Assembly (NCBI GenBank): GCA_016197005.1
Contig: JACPWO010000001.1
Location: 153,134-217,133 of the forward strand
Length of the DNA: 64,000 bases
Direction: 5' to 3'
Origin: Candidatus Anderseniibacteriota bacterium
GTDB taxonomy: Bacteria; Patescibacteriota; Andersenbacteria; UBA10190
Positions 7,652-17,058 of the stretch are shown in pieces (the stretch's first letter is position 1; each line of letters starts with the position of its first letter). Under the pieces are notes generated by a model that saw only the letters and a program-made list of their open reading frames with translations, had not been told where the DNA came from and made no database searches. The position numbers and the translations under genes were made by a program.

Positions 7652-9346
7652 ATGAAAGTTGTTGGATTGGCTAGGGTATCTTCAAAGGAGCAAGAATCGG
7701 GCTACTCCCTAGATGCACAGGTAAAGCTCAATAAGGAGTATGCCGGCGGCAAGGATTTTACGATTGTTAAGACCTTTAGAATTACTGAATCGGCAAGTGG
7801 CAAGCAGATACGTAAAATCTTCAATGAGATGCTTAACTTTGCTACTGATCACAATATCCCCGTGATTATTTGCGAGAAGATTGATCGTTTAACCCGCAAC
7901 TTGAAAGACGCAAACACAGTTAATGAATGGGTTAGGGAAGATAAAAAGCGAGAGGTTCACTTTATTAAGGAAAACTTTATCCTCAATAGCAATACGAGAG
8001 CGCACGAAAACCTAGTTTGGGATATGAAAGTGGCAATTGCACGTTTCTACTCCAATAATCTTTCAGAGGAAATCCGCAAGGGGCAAAAAGAAAAGATAGC
8101 CCAAGGCGGCTTTCCTACTAAAGCGAAGCCTGGCTACAAAGGCGTCGGAGAAAAAGGCCACAAAGTTGATGTTATTGATGAGGCGGTAGCTCCTTACATT
8201 ATTCAAATGTTTGAGCGGTATGCTACTGGCAACTATTCCCTAAAGGCTTTGGTTAAAGTGATGTACGAGGAGGGGTTAAGAAATAGAAGTGGAAAAAAGA
8301 TAGGTAAAACAAGGATGCACCAATTACTTGCTGATCCGTTCTACTATGGAAAATTGCGCTGGAAGGGCGAAATTTATCAAGGAAACCACCAGCCAATTAT
8401 TTCAAAAGAGCTTTTTGACGCTGTGCAGATCAAATTAGACCGCAACCTTTCTAATCCTCAATATCGGAAACATTTACCTATATTCAAGGCCAAGATTAAA
8501 TGCGAGGAGTGCGGCGGCCTTATAACGTGGGAACTCCAAAAAGGCCACTGGTACGGCCATTGCAATCATTATCGAGATTGCGGTCAAAAGGCTTATACGC
8601 GGCAGGAAAAAGTCGAAGAACAGCTTTTCCCATACTTTGATAAGGTAGCCCCTAAGAGTGATCGGGTATTAAATTGGCTAGAACGAGCCTTAAAAGAAAG
8701 TCATAAAGATAAGATTCAATATCATACCGCCCAGCGAGAGAAACTGAATACGCAGATAGCAACCATTGATCAACGTATGGAAGGGGCGTATGAGGATAAA
8801 TTAGATAAGAGAATCACGGCCGAGAAGTACGATGAACGGAGCCGTAAATGGCAGGAGGATAAAGCAGATTTACTAAAATCACTGCATAACCTAAGCGATG
8901 CTAACCAACAATATTATCAAGTAGGTTTTGCTATTCACGAGTTGGCACTTAAAGCCAAAGCAATCTACCACTCTCAACAAGCAACCACCGATGATAAGCG
9001 ATTATTGTTGAGCAAGCTCTTTGCGGATATGTCTTTAGATGAAGGCAAGCTCACCGGCAATTACTCTGCTGCCTTTGAGTTTTTAATCACTTGGATACCC
9101 AAAGTAAACAAGATTTTCGAACCAGAGCTAAAAGTGGCAAGCAATAAGGCGTTAGCAACCAGTACCGCAAAAGAGCTCCAAAAGGCTATGGCTGGGGTAG
9201 CTGATCAACGACAGGATTTTCGAACCGATAAAAACAAATCTGTTGAGCCACAAAAGGTATTATCAGATGCAGAAACGAATGTATTGTTCCCGGGCAGGGA
9301 TTCGAACCCCGATTCAGAGCTCCAAAGGCTCTTGTCCTGCCGTTAG
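7652..9346 (+). CDS. Large serine recombinase (resolvase/invertase catalytic domain, recombinase domain and zinc ribbon).
   Basis: The N-terminus VGLARVSSKEQESGYSLDAQ carries the catalytic Ser motif. The protein is large and has a Cys cluster CEECGG...HCNHYRDCG. Its last ~19 codons are encoded by the complement of the tRNA-Gln. Confidence 0.85.
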   Translation: MKVVGLARVSSKEQESGYSLDAQVKLNKEYAGGKDFTIVKTFRITESASGKQIRKIFNEMLNFATDHNIPVIICEKIDRLTRNLKDANTVNEWVREDKKREVHFIKENFILNSNTRAHENLVWDMKVAIARFYSNNLSEEIRKGQKEKIAQGGFPTKAKPGYKGVGEKGHKVDVIDEAVAPYIIQMFERYATGNYSLKALVKVMYEEGLRNRSGKKIGKTRMHQLLADPFYYGKLRWKGEIYQGNHQPIISKELFDAVQIKLDRNLSNPQYRKHLPIFKAKIKCEECGGLITWELQKGHWYGHCNHYRDCGQKAYTRQEKVEEQLFPYFDKVAPKSDRVLNWLERALKESHKDKIQYHTAQREKLNTQIATIDQRMEGAYEDKLDKRITAEKYDERSRKWQEDKADLLKSLHNLSDANQQYYQVGFAIHELALKAKAIYHSQQATTDDKRLLLSKLFADMSLDEGKLTGNYSAAFEFLITWIPKVNKIFEPELKVASNKALATSTAKELQKAMAGVADQRQDFRTDKNKSVEPQKVLSDAETNVLFPGRDSNPDSELQRLLSCR

Positions 9347-9358
9347 ACGACCCGGGAA
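9287..9358 (-). tRNA. tRNA-Gln (anticodon TTG)
   Basis: Reverse complement TCCCGGGTCGTCTAACGGCAGGACAAGAGCCTTTGGAGCTCTGAATCGGGGTTCGAATCCCTGCCCGGGAA. The acceptor stem is 7 bp, the anticodon stem AGAGC/GCTCT is perfect, the loop is CTTTGGA, and the T-loop is TTCGAAT. Confidence 0.8.
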
Positions 9359-9401
9359 TGTGGCTCGACAGTACCAAAAATCTGTAGTTTCTACCAGCAT
9401 T

Positions 9402-9441
9402 ACAAAAATAAAATGACCCAATCTCAATTGAGACTGGGTCA
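9402..9441 (-). terminator. Rho-independent terminator for the 174-aa gene.
   Basis: The hairpin gacccaatctca-at-tgagactgggtc has one mismatch. It is followed on the minus strand by ATTTTATTTTTG. Confidence 0.5.
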
Positions 9442-9472
9442 CAAGAAGTCGATAGCAGAGAGCAGTGCGCCA

Positions 9473-9997
9473 CTAGCGCTTTTTCTTGGGTAGGTGAGAG
9501 CCGGTAGCGGCAAATCGAGTCTCCATGGCCCGCTGACGTCGATTGGCTTCGTGCCGCGCACTCTTCTCGCGCTTTCTTTTCTGCTGGCTGGCACGGTACT
9601 CTTCAAAATCAACCATACTCTGAGTGAGATTGGAGAGTTCTTCCGACAGCGCCTCCAATGAAGGAAGCTTCTGCTTCGCCAACGCATGAAGCTCCATACT
9701 TTGGAACTGCTTCAGCAAGTGACCGCATCGAACGGTGTAGCGCTTCACAGCGACGATCCTCTCGTCGGGGTCAGTTCCCCGTTGCTTCAGAATCTCCCGT
9801 GCAGCTTCAATATCTCCACGGATATCGCTGACGAGCTGCTGGGCCTCGTAGTACTGGGCCAATCTTTCACGCATCTGTTCGATCGTCATCTTGGGCTTGT
9901 CGTGTTGACGAGCCGCTTTTTCCTCGACGTGTCGACGTACGTTGGGATCCGCAAATCTTGGGCTCCAACGGAGAGTGGGGGCAACGGCTGAAATCAT
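9473..9997 (-). CDS. Hypothetical basic/coiled-coil protein (174 aa), encoded in a locally GC-rich stretch.
   Basis: AGGAG lies 7 nt upstream of the ATG at 9997 and a terminator follows. The composition is Lys/Arg/Glu-rich. I do not recognise the family. Confidence 0.5.
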   Translation of the reverse strand: MISAVAPTLRWSPRFADPNVRRHVEEKAARQHDKPKMTIEQMRERLAQYYEAQQLVSDIRGDIEAAREILKQRGTDPDERIVAVKRYTVRCGHLLKQFQSMELHALAKQKLPSLEALSEELSNLTQSMVDFEEYRASQQKRKREKSARHEANRRQRAMETRFAATGSHLPKKKR

Positions 9998-10402
9998 GGC
10001 ACTGCTCCTGTTTGAGAAAAGAACGGGTGTACTATCCTACCTCTCACGACCATCGCGAACGATGACCACGAAGGGTAGGAGCCCGTCTGTCTCACGACAG
10101 TCGGGCGTAGTTGGAGGGATCTCTAGGATCTCGGGATGAGCGCCTTGATGAGATCAAACTCGCGCTGAGCGGCAGGTGGTAATTCGCCCCTGAAACCGCT
10201 GTACATGATCCGCTCTCGCAAATCCGGCGAGAAGTGATTCATGCGCCGTCTCGGCATCCGAAATTTGGCGGTCCGGCCAACGTGTGGAGAGGTGCGTAGC
10301 ATTGTAGAATCCTTCCAAGCCTTCCGGGAGAGGCGCTATAGGAGAGGGGACAGATATCGTAAATCCCGTCATTTACGAAACATTGCATATTATCACAATA
10401 CT

Positions 10403-11692
10403 ATGGTAATGTCAAATATGAATACTAATGAGGAAAAATTAGCACTAAAGCTCCCAAACCTTTCATATGACCTCATTGTTATAGGCGGTGGAGCCGCTGG
10501 TATGATGGCTGCCGGCCGAGCAGCTGAACGTGGCAAACATGTGCTCCTCTTGGAAAAGAATAACTATTTAGGAGAGAAACTAAAGATTACAGGTGGGGGG
10601 CGCTGCAATGTTACCAATGCCGAAGAAGACGAGCATACACTTTTACGCCATTATGGGGAGGCAAAGCAATTTCTTCACTCTCCCTTTTCTCAGTTTGGAG
10701 TAAAAGACACATTTTCTTTTTTTGAAAGTCGAGGACTCCCACTGGTAGTGCAAGCAGGGAAGCGAGCTTTTCCGCACACCGAAAAAGCGGTCGATGTATT
10801 TCGTATCCTTAAGTCCTATCTAGACAAAGGCAATGTTGAGATTCGAACAAACAGTGCAGTTACAAGCATAGTACGTAAAGAAGGCCACATTGAAAAAGTT
10901 GTAACGAAAGATGCAGAATTTATTGCGTCAACATATATCCTGGCAACTGGTGGAAAATCTCACCCAGAGACTGGCTCAACAGGTGATGGGTTTTTCTGGC
11001 TCAAAGAACTCGGACATGAAGTGCATGAACCAACTCCCACGATTGTACCGCTGCGAACAAAGGATGCCTGGATTAAAGCACTCGCTGGAGTTTCAGTAGA
11101 GTTTATGAAGATAACGTTCTTTGTGAATGGAAAAAAGAAACTTTCTTTGAAAGGGAAAATACTTTTTACTCACTTTGGTTTATCTGGACCTCTCATTCTA
11201 AATACTGCTGGGAAAGTAGCTGATTTGCTGCATGAAGGAGCAGTCACCGCTCGAATTGATATATTTCCAGATATGGATTTGGGAGCACTTAACAAAAAAG
11301 TAGTAGATACTTTTGATACCAATAAAAATAAACTCCTGAAGAATGTATTTCGGCACATTGCTCCGGCTGGTACCGGGAGTGCTATTCTGGCGCTTCTGGA
11401 AACTATTAACCCAGACAAAAAAGTGCATAGCGTTACAAAAGAGGAACGTAAGCAGATGGTGGATCTTCTCAAGGCACTACCGGTACACATCACGGGACTG
11501 ATGGGATTCGATAAAGCAGTCGTTGCCGATGGGGGAATAGCTCTTTCCGAAGTACACGCTAAAACGATGCAATCACGCCTATTCGATAACTTGTACGTAA
11601 CCGGGGACTTACTGCATATAAACCGACCTTCCGGTGGATACTCGCTTCAGCTTTGTTGGACAACCGGGTATGTAGCTGGAAGTAATGTGTGA
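10403..11692 (+). CDS. HI0933-family (BaiN/YhiN-like) NAD(P)/FAD-dependent flavoprotein oxidoreductase.
   Basis: The motif DLIVIGGGAAGMMAAGRAAERGKHVLLLEKNNYLGEKLKITGGGRCNVTN is characteristic. I take the real start as the ATG at 10403. The longer ORF beginning at 10241 is a spurious extension. Confidence 0.8.
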   Translation: MVMSNMNTNEEKLALKLPNLSYDLIVIGGGAAGMMAAGRAAERGKHVLLLEKNNYLGEKLKITGGGRCNVTNAEEDEHTLLRHYGEAKQFLHSPFSQFGVKDTFSFFESRGLPLVVQAGKRAFPHTEKAVDVFRILKSYLDKGNVEIRTNSAVTSIVRKEGHIEKVVTKDAEFIASTYILATGGKSHPETGSTGDGFFWLKELGHEVHEPTPTIVPLRTKDAWIKALAGVSVEFMKITFFVNGKKKLSLKGKILFTHFGLSGPLILNTAGKVADLLHEGAVTARIDIFPDMDLGALNKKVVDTFDTNKNKLLKNVFRHIAPAGTGSAILALLETINPDKKVHSVTKEERKQMVDLLKALPVHITGLMGFDKAVVADGGIALSEVHAKTMQSRLFDNLYVTGDLLHINRPSGGYSLQLCWTTGYVAGSNV

Positions 11693-11747
11693 TGCACATA
11701 ATTTTACAAAAAAACACCCGTGCGTTTCCGCCGGGTGCTGATTTAAA

Positions 11748-12812
11748 TTACTTCATTGTTTCGTCGACCACCTGCTTGATCGTTAGCCGAAATATTCCGG
11801 ACCGACGAACGAATTCATCCAGTGAGAGTCGACTAGAATCCTCAATGAGATCTAAAAGGCCATCTAGGTCTCCTTCATAGATAGTTGTTGTGTTGTCCGA
11901 GTTCATGTACCGACTGGTGCTAATAAAAGCTCGATGACCAGCGATCTGTGCAGCACTTTCCAGTGATCCTCCGTGCTCTAGAAAAAGCCTAAGGCCCGTG
12001 GCACGAAGCACGCGGGGAGTAATGTCTCTTTTAATTCCAGCGCGACGTGCAATACCTTTGATTGCTCTTTGAACACTCCGCGGGTGTAGACGATCGCCTA
12101 CAACGCCGTTAACTCCTTTCTGGAGTACCGGGAAAAGAGGATCAGACGCCTTATTGAATGGAGTATGCGCTAAATACTCATCAACGTAAGTTTCGACGAG
12201 TGTATTTGCGGGAATGTACCGTTCAAACTTGTTCGTAATATGGAACCACCGTCGATTGTCACGAAATTGATAGTCTGCAACGTTCAATTCAAGCATAGCC
12301 TCTGTCGAAAGAAATCCATGGAGTATCGTGGCCATCATGGCTCGATTTCGCAACTGCACAAGTGATTCTCCATTACTAGCCTTAAGTAGTTGGGCAATCT
12401 CTTGAGCACTCAATCGCGCAGTGGCCCCCTCATCATCCACCTTTGAACGCTTGACTGATGCTACAGGATTTGCCGGAAGGAGCTCACCTTTCACAAACCA
12501 GTCAAAAAAAGTATGGATAGCTGCTAACTGGAAATTCGTATATCGAGGCTTGTACTTTTGATCCACCACTGAAACGAAGGCTTCAACTATTTTGTGATTC
12601 ACTTGCGATAGGACAAAATTCTGCTTATCGCACCACGATAGAAAATGTGAGATGGCTCTTCCGTAAGTATCACGCACTCCATTACTCTGAATACGTTCGT
12701 AGAAATAACTTTGGAATCTGGATACAAACTCGGGACCAGCCCGCGTAACTGATTGGGGACAGTGGGTAAGCAATACCATTACCGTCCTCGGCAATTCTTT
12801 TCGATCGCTCAT
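11748..12812 (-). CDS. Tyrosine site-specific recombinase (XerC/XerD-like).
   Basis: The C-terminus LRATGLRLFLEHGGSLESAAQIAGHRAFISTSRY fits the R..H-R..Y catalytic pattern. GGAG is present upstream of the ATG. Confidence 0.8.
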   Translation of the reverse strand: MSDRKELPRTVMVLLTHCPQSVTRAGPEFVSRFQSYFYERIQSNGVRDTYGRAISHFLSWCDKQNFVLSQVNHKIVEAFVSVVDQKYKPRYTNFQLAAIHTFFDWFVKGELLPANPVASVKRSKVDDEGATARLSAQEIAQLLKASNGESLVQLRNRAMMATILHGFLSTEAMLELNVADYQFRDNRRWFHITNKFERYIPANTLVETYVDEYLAHTPFNKASDPLFPVLQKGVNGVVGDRLHPRSVQRAIKGIARRAGIKRDITPRVLRATGLRLFLEHGGSLESAAQIAGHRAFISTSRYMNSDNTTTIYEGDLDGLLDLIEDSSRLSLDEFVRRSGIFRLTIKQVVDETMK

Positions 12813-12990
12813 TTCTCTATCTCCGGTGAGACTATAGTTTTGTTATCAAGGAACCGTTAATATTATATACATCTAATTTCATAACTAGTCAATAATATTA
12901 AGTTGACAAAGATGGGTAAAGTTGGTAGTAAAGTAATGACCGGGTGCGGTCTTGTTCTGTAACAATTAGAGCAAACCCTAGAATAGGACA

Positions 12991-13884
12991 ATGAGAATGT
13001 CTTCTGCAACACAGCTCTCTCTCCGACGAACCTATCAAGAAATCGATATTGATCTCATTGATGATCCTGATATTGAGCTACGGCAACATATCGAGGAAGA
13101 ATCATTGAATGAATTGTCAGCATCCATCGCAGATCGCGATATGCTTAGTCCAGTGCTTGTAACAACTAGACCAAATCGAAGTCGATATGTTTTGATTGCC
13201 GGCGGGCGTCGTGTCCGAGGTGCCAAAAAGGCGTCTAAAAAGCATGTTCCTGGATACGTCTATGAAGATGTACCAGCTAACGAAGCGCTCGAAATGGCTC
13301 TCATTGAGAACGTACAACGAGACAATCTTGAGCCGATGTGGGAAGCTCGAGCTTATGCAATACTCAAGGAAAAATTCAACACCTCAGTTGAAGACATTGC
13401 GAAGCGATTACGTAAGCGAGTTCAGCATGTAAAGGAACGTTTGGCTTTACTTGGGCTACCCCTCGATATACAACGCAAGATTGAGGAAAAAACAATCCCT
13501 ACAACCTCTGCTGTAGCTATTGCAAAGATCAAGGATGAAAATGTTCAGAGAGCGATGGCAGAGAAAGCCGAGCAAGAACATCTTCCTTACAACGTTGTGA
13601 AAAGAATGGTAGAGGAATCTGTTTCTAAGGTCCGCCGGCGGAAAAAACGGCGACAACAACCGACCAGACAACCTGGTAGCCCTTGGGGAGAGCGCAAGAG
13701 AGATCAAGCAGAACGTCACTTACAGGAGACCGTTCTGAAAGGCGAAGAGTTACTTCGCCAGTTAGGACAAATTGATCTTGCACAGTGGCAGAAATCTGAT
13801 CTTCGAAAGTTGCAATCTGGAGTCAATGCAATCCAACAAGGACTAAGTAAATTCCAAGTTCAAGTTTCAACACTCCTTAAGTGA
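12991..13884 (+). CDS. parB: ParB/Spo0J-like partition protein.
   Basis: VLIAGGRRVRGAKK and ALIENVQRDNLEPMWEARAY match the ParB boxes, and an HTH follows. No parA gene is adjacent. Confidence 0.7.
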   Translation: MRMSSATQLSLRRTYQEIDIDLIDDPDIELRQHIEEESLNELSASIADRDMLSPVLVTTRPNRSRYVLIAGGRRVRGAKKASKKHVPGYVYEDVPANEALEMALIENVQRDNLEPMWEARAYAILKEKFNTSVEDIAKRLRKRVQHVKERLALLGLPLDIQRKIEEKTIPTTSAVAIAKIKDENVQRAMAEKAEQEHLPYNVVKRMVEESVSKVRRRKKRRQQPTRQPGSPWGERKRDQAERHLQETVLKGEELLRQLGQIDLAQWQKSDLRKLQSGVNAIQQGLSKFQVQVSTLLK

Positions 13885-13953
13885 TAGATCATTACCCTCT
13901 CACGGAAGAGGGGGTTTTAATAGTCCACCCTTACCAATAAGTAGGAGGATACG

Positions 13954-15150
13954 ATGATTCAGCAAAGACTACCATACCTTGGTTGGTTAATTCAGCGCGG
14001 TAGAAGAGTTGGGATTATGTGTCCTACGGTCATTTACCTTTATTGGGAGGATGCAAGGCGAAAGAAATCTTTCGTTGAAACGGCACTAACACTGCTCGAA
14101 AGCGAAAAAATACCTGTGATAGCAGACAGGGATTGGAAAACTGCTGTTCCAGAGTCTGAAAAACATGTACATGAGCTTGAACAAAGCTATGGAAGGTCAA
14201 TCCATGGACTGATCCGGAGGTATGGAAAAAGTGGTCGAATTTACATCGACACCATTTCTCGGAAGTACAACTTAACAAGTGATGAAGTTGTCTTCTATTT
14301 GAGAGAGATGTCACTGCCCGTTCGGAAACGTGAACCATTGCTGTTAAGTGACTTCTGGGAAAACCCTAGTAATTTTCCTAAAGCACTTCCACTCCGACAG
14401 ATTCTGGTATTCTTTCGAACACATCGCGCTGGGTCTCGAGAAGCGATAGAGTATTTGACATCTCACCATCTTCGCCTCCCCGCTGGCATGGGGTGGCAAA
14501 CCAAAGAGAGCTGGGGATGGGATAGGAATGACGCCACCCAGGAAGGGTTTCTCGGCTTGCATAAAGCCGCCAAACATTACCGTCCTACGAGGAAGGCGAC
14601 TTTTGGTTCTTATGCAGTCTGGGGAGTGAGACAAGCAATACAAAGAGCGCGTTTTGTTTGGAAACGCAATTCAGGTGAGGAAACCTATAGACTTTCGGGA
14701 ACGTTTCTGTGGGAAGTAAGGAATTATATTAGTATTTTTCCACATCTTCATCATCGCTTTCCACGTCCCACTGACATTGCTGAGAAGTTTGAACTAACCG
14801 TAAACCAAGCGCGGCAACTTCTCGAACCCAAGCTATCTGCCACTACCCCCACCGAATTACGACGACTCCTGGGAAATATTCCTGAACCCTCTTCAAAAGT
14901 AGAAGAGGAAAGTGTTGCCGGGGAAGATCTTGCTTCGCGGATTAATGAATGGCTGCTCATCCTTCATCCAAGATCCCGCGAAATTATAAAGTTGCGTTAT
15001 GGTCTATTAGACGGTCACGCACGCACCCTCGCAGAGGTTGCTCCAATCTATAAACTAACACGGGAGCGCATAAGGCAAATTGAGGAAAAAGCAATTAAAA
15101 AACTCCGACGAAGATTTCGGCAAGAAGGGGTATTGCTAGGCTTTTTCTGA
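13954..15150 (+). CDS. Sigma-70 family RNA polymerase sigma factor with an N-terminal extension of about 190 aa that I do not recognise.
   Basis: Region 2 is QEGFLGLHKAAKHYRPTRKATFGSYAVWGVRQAIQRA. Region 4 is REIIKLRYGLLDGHARTLAEVAPIYKLTRERIRQIEEKAIKKLR. AGGAGG precedes the start. Confidence 0.75.
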   Translation: MIQQRLPYLGWLIQRGRRVGIMCPTVIYLYWEDARRKKSFVETALTLLESEKIPVIADRDWKTAVPESEKHVHELEQSYGRSIHGLIRRYGKSGRIYIDTISRKYNLTSDEVVFYLREMSLPVRKREPLLLSDFWENPSNFPKALPLRQILVFFRTHRAGSREAIEYLTSHHLRLPAGMGWQTKESWGWDRNDATQEGFLGLHKAAKHYRPTRKATFGSYAVWGVRQAIQRARFVWKRNSGEETYRLSGTFLWEVRNYISIFPHLHHRFPRPTDIAEKFELTVNQARQLLEPKLSATTPTELRRLLGNIPEPSSKVEEESVAGEDLASRINEWLLILHPRSREIIKLRYGLLDGHARTLAEVAPIYKLTRERIRQIEEKAIKKLRRRFRQEGVLLGFF

Positions 15151-15221
15151 AATTGCATCAAGCACATTGTCACCAAATGTGCTTTTTTATTATTGTCAGA
15201 AATAAGAAGATAATTATATAG

Positions 15222-15294
15222 GCGCTTGTAGCTCAGTGGATAGAGCATCAGCTTCCGGAGCTGAGGGCCGCAGGTTCGATCCCTGCCAAGCGCA
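15222..15294 (+). tRNA. tRNA-Arg (anticodon CCG)
   Basis: The acceptor GCGCTTG/CAAGCGC is a perfect 7 bp. The D-arm is TAGCTCAGTGGATAGAGCA, the anticodon arm is TCAGC-TTCCGGA-GCTGA, and the T-arm is GCAGG-TTCGATC-CCTGC. Confidence 0.85.
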
Positions 15295-15312
15295 CATTTG
15301 GTATACTAATTA

Positions 15313-15868
15313 TGTGATCGCTTACATTATTATCTTTCATTTAGTTGGTGTTATCCTCGGAGCCGGTGGGGCCGTTCTTTCTGACGCCATGTTTTTCAGC
15401 AGCATTCGCGATCGAAAACTCACGAAGACAGAACTACGTTTTATGCGAATGGGCTCACACTTTGTATGGGCAGGTCTCGCCATTCTGGTTACTACCGGCA
15501 CTATTATCTTTTCCTCCAACCCAGAATTCTATATGGCATCTACAAAATTTTTAGCCAAAGTAACAATTGTCAGCCTGATCATTCTGAACGGTATCTTTAT
15601 TCACATCTGGCATATTCCACGCTTTCGTCGTCATGCTGGTCACCATCTCCCGTCCTCGGATGAATTTATGCGAGCCCGTCCTTATCTTATGGTCAGTGGT
15701 GCCTTGTCGACGACCAGCTGGATATGGGCGTTTGTTTTAGGATCGCTTTCTAGCCTGCCATTTTCCTACAGCCTCATTATGACAGCGTACGGCGCTAATC
15801 TTATTTTTGCTGGGGTGGTGGCTCTCCTCCTCATGAACCATCTTATTCCACATCATCGTCACACATGA
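15313..15868 (+). CDS. Hypothetical integral membrane protein with about 5 TM helices. The GTG start is uncertain.
   Basis: The track ORF start overlaps the tRNA-Arg, so a later start is needed. The sequence is hydrophobic and helical throughout. Confidence 0.45.
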
Positions 15869-17043
15869 GTACTGGTGCCTTATCGGTTACACAATTTATC
15901 GAGCTTGTTAACACTGTCTTTGACCAGGTCGGTGGCGTTACCGTCGAAGGAGAGGTAAGCGAATACAAAGTCATACACAACAAATGGGTGACGTTTCAAC
16001 TGAAGGATGAGACGAGTACGCTGCCGTGTTTTATGACGGTGTGGCAACTTAATACGCAAATTGAAGACGGTATGTTGGTACGAGTTGTGGGTTCACCTAA
16101 GCTTCGCCCGAAGGGATTTTTTAGTTTCGTGGTGCAAACCGTAACCCCGGCCGGGGAAGGTGCTTTGAAGCGAGCATTCGAGCTGCTGCGAAAAAAGTTA
16201 CTCGAGGAAGGACTTTTCTCGCCGGAACGTAAGCGTCCGCTGCCGCTTTTCCCTAAGCACGTTGCGTTAATTACTTCGGAACAAGCGGCTGCGTACAGCG
16301 ACTTTTTAAAAATACTTCGCCAGCGCCAAGGAGGACTTACCATTTCCTTCATTAACAGTCAGGTACAAGGGGAAGACGCACCGGCTCAGCTCATTCAGGC
16401 GCTGGTCGTTGCTAACACTGAACTACAAGATCTCGATGTCATTATTATGGTACGAGGCGGTGGTAGTATGGAGGACTTGCAGGCATTTAATGACGAGCGA
16501 CTTGTGCGAGCGGTGGCCGCTTCTCGAACACCCACTATTGTCGGTATTGGGCACGAACGAGACGTCACGCTTGCTGAGTTAGCTGCCGATGTGCGTGCCT
16601 CTACTCCCAGTAACGCGGCAGAAATACTTGTACGTTCTCGCGACGAACTTTTATCTTCCCTATACAACCTGCAGCAACAATTGGCTGCCGGTGTGCGCGG
16701 CGCCCTGCAGGAACAATCTTCCGCTATCCTGGCTTTTATTCACGCTCTATCCTCTCGTACTGCCCAGGCAACATCTAAAGTAAAAAGTAGAGTAGAAGCC
16801 ATGGAAGCAGCTCGCCGACGTTTTCATGAACGGCTATCTCATGATAGGCAGCGCCTAGCTGCAGCTACCCGCATCTTATCTTCACTTTCACCTCAACAAA
16901 CGCTGAAGCGAGGATACAGCATTAGCCGCAGTAAGGGTGGAAAGGTTATTAAACGCGCGGCTGATCTGACACCAGAGATGGAAATTGTTACTACCGTATC
17001 TGAAGGCGCCTTTACGTCGAAAGTGACGCAGATTGATTCGTAA
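15865..17043 (+). CDS. xseA: Exodeoxyribonuclease VII large subunit
   Basis: The sequence is collinear with XseA: GEVSEYKV..WVTFQLKDE, PKHVALITSEQAAA, VRGGGSMEDLQAFNDE and VGIGHERDVTLAELAADVRASTPSNAAE. Confidence 0.85.
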   Translation: MSTGALSVTQFIELVNTVFDQVGGVTVEGEVSEYKVIHNKWVTFQLKDETSTLPCFMTVWQLNTQIEDGMLVRVVGSPKLRPKGFFSFVVQTVTPAGEGALKRAFELLRKKLLEEGLFSPERKRPLPLFPKHVALITSEQAAAYSDFLKILRQRQGGLTISFINSQVQGEDAPAQLIQALVVANTELQDLDVIIMVRGGGSMEDLQAFNDERLVRAVAASRTPTIVGIGHERDVTLAELAADVRASTPSNAAEILVRSRDELLSSLYNLQQQLAAGVRGALQEQSSAILAFIHALSSRTAQATSKVKSRVEAMEAARRRFHERLSHDRQRLAAATRILSSLSPQQTLKRGYSISRSKGGKVIKRAADLTPEMEIVTTVSEGAFTSKVTQIDS

Positions 17044-17058
17044 GATAAACTTACCTAT

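Larger units (their letters stand above)
1..9358. mobile_element. Integrated mobile element (integrative element or prophage remnant) at the 3' end of tRNA-Gln(TTG). The left boundary lies outside the window.
   Basis: The block is AT-rich relative to its flank. It has a serine recombinase overlapping the tRNA 3' end, an excisionase-like gene, a regulator, a primase-helicase and a restriction-like cargo gene. No direct repeat of the tRNA 3' segment was found inside 1..9280. Confidence 0.6.

Noticed and set aside
10154-10372. Minus-strand 72-aa ORF and the N-terminal extension (10241..10402) of the oxidoreductase ORF
   Set aside because: There is no SD and the two overlap each other. The oxidoreductase homology begins only at the ATG at 10403. 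The region is treated as noncoding.
15236-15312. Track start of ORF 15236..15868 overlapping tRNA-Arg
   Set aside because: The first 25 codons are encoded by the tRNA itself, so the start was moved downstream to a GTG at 15313.
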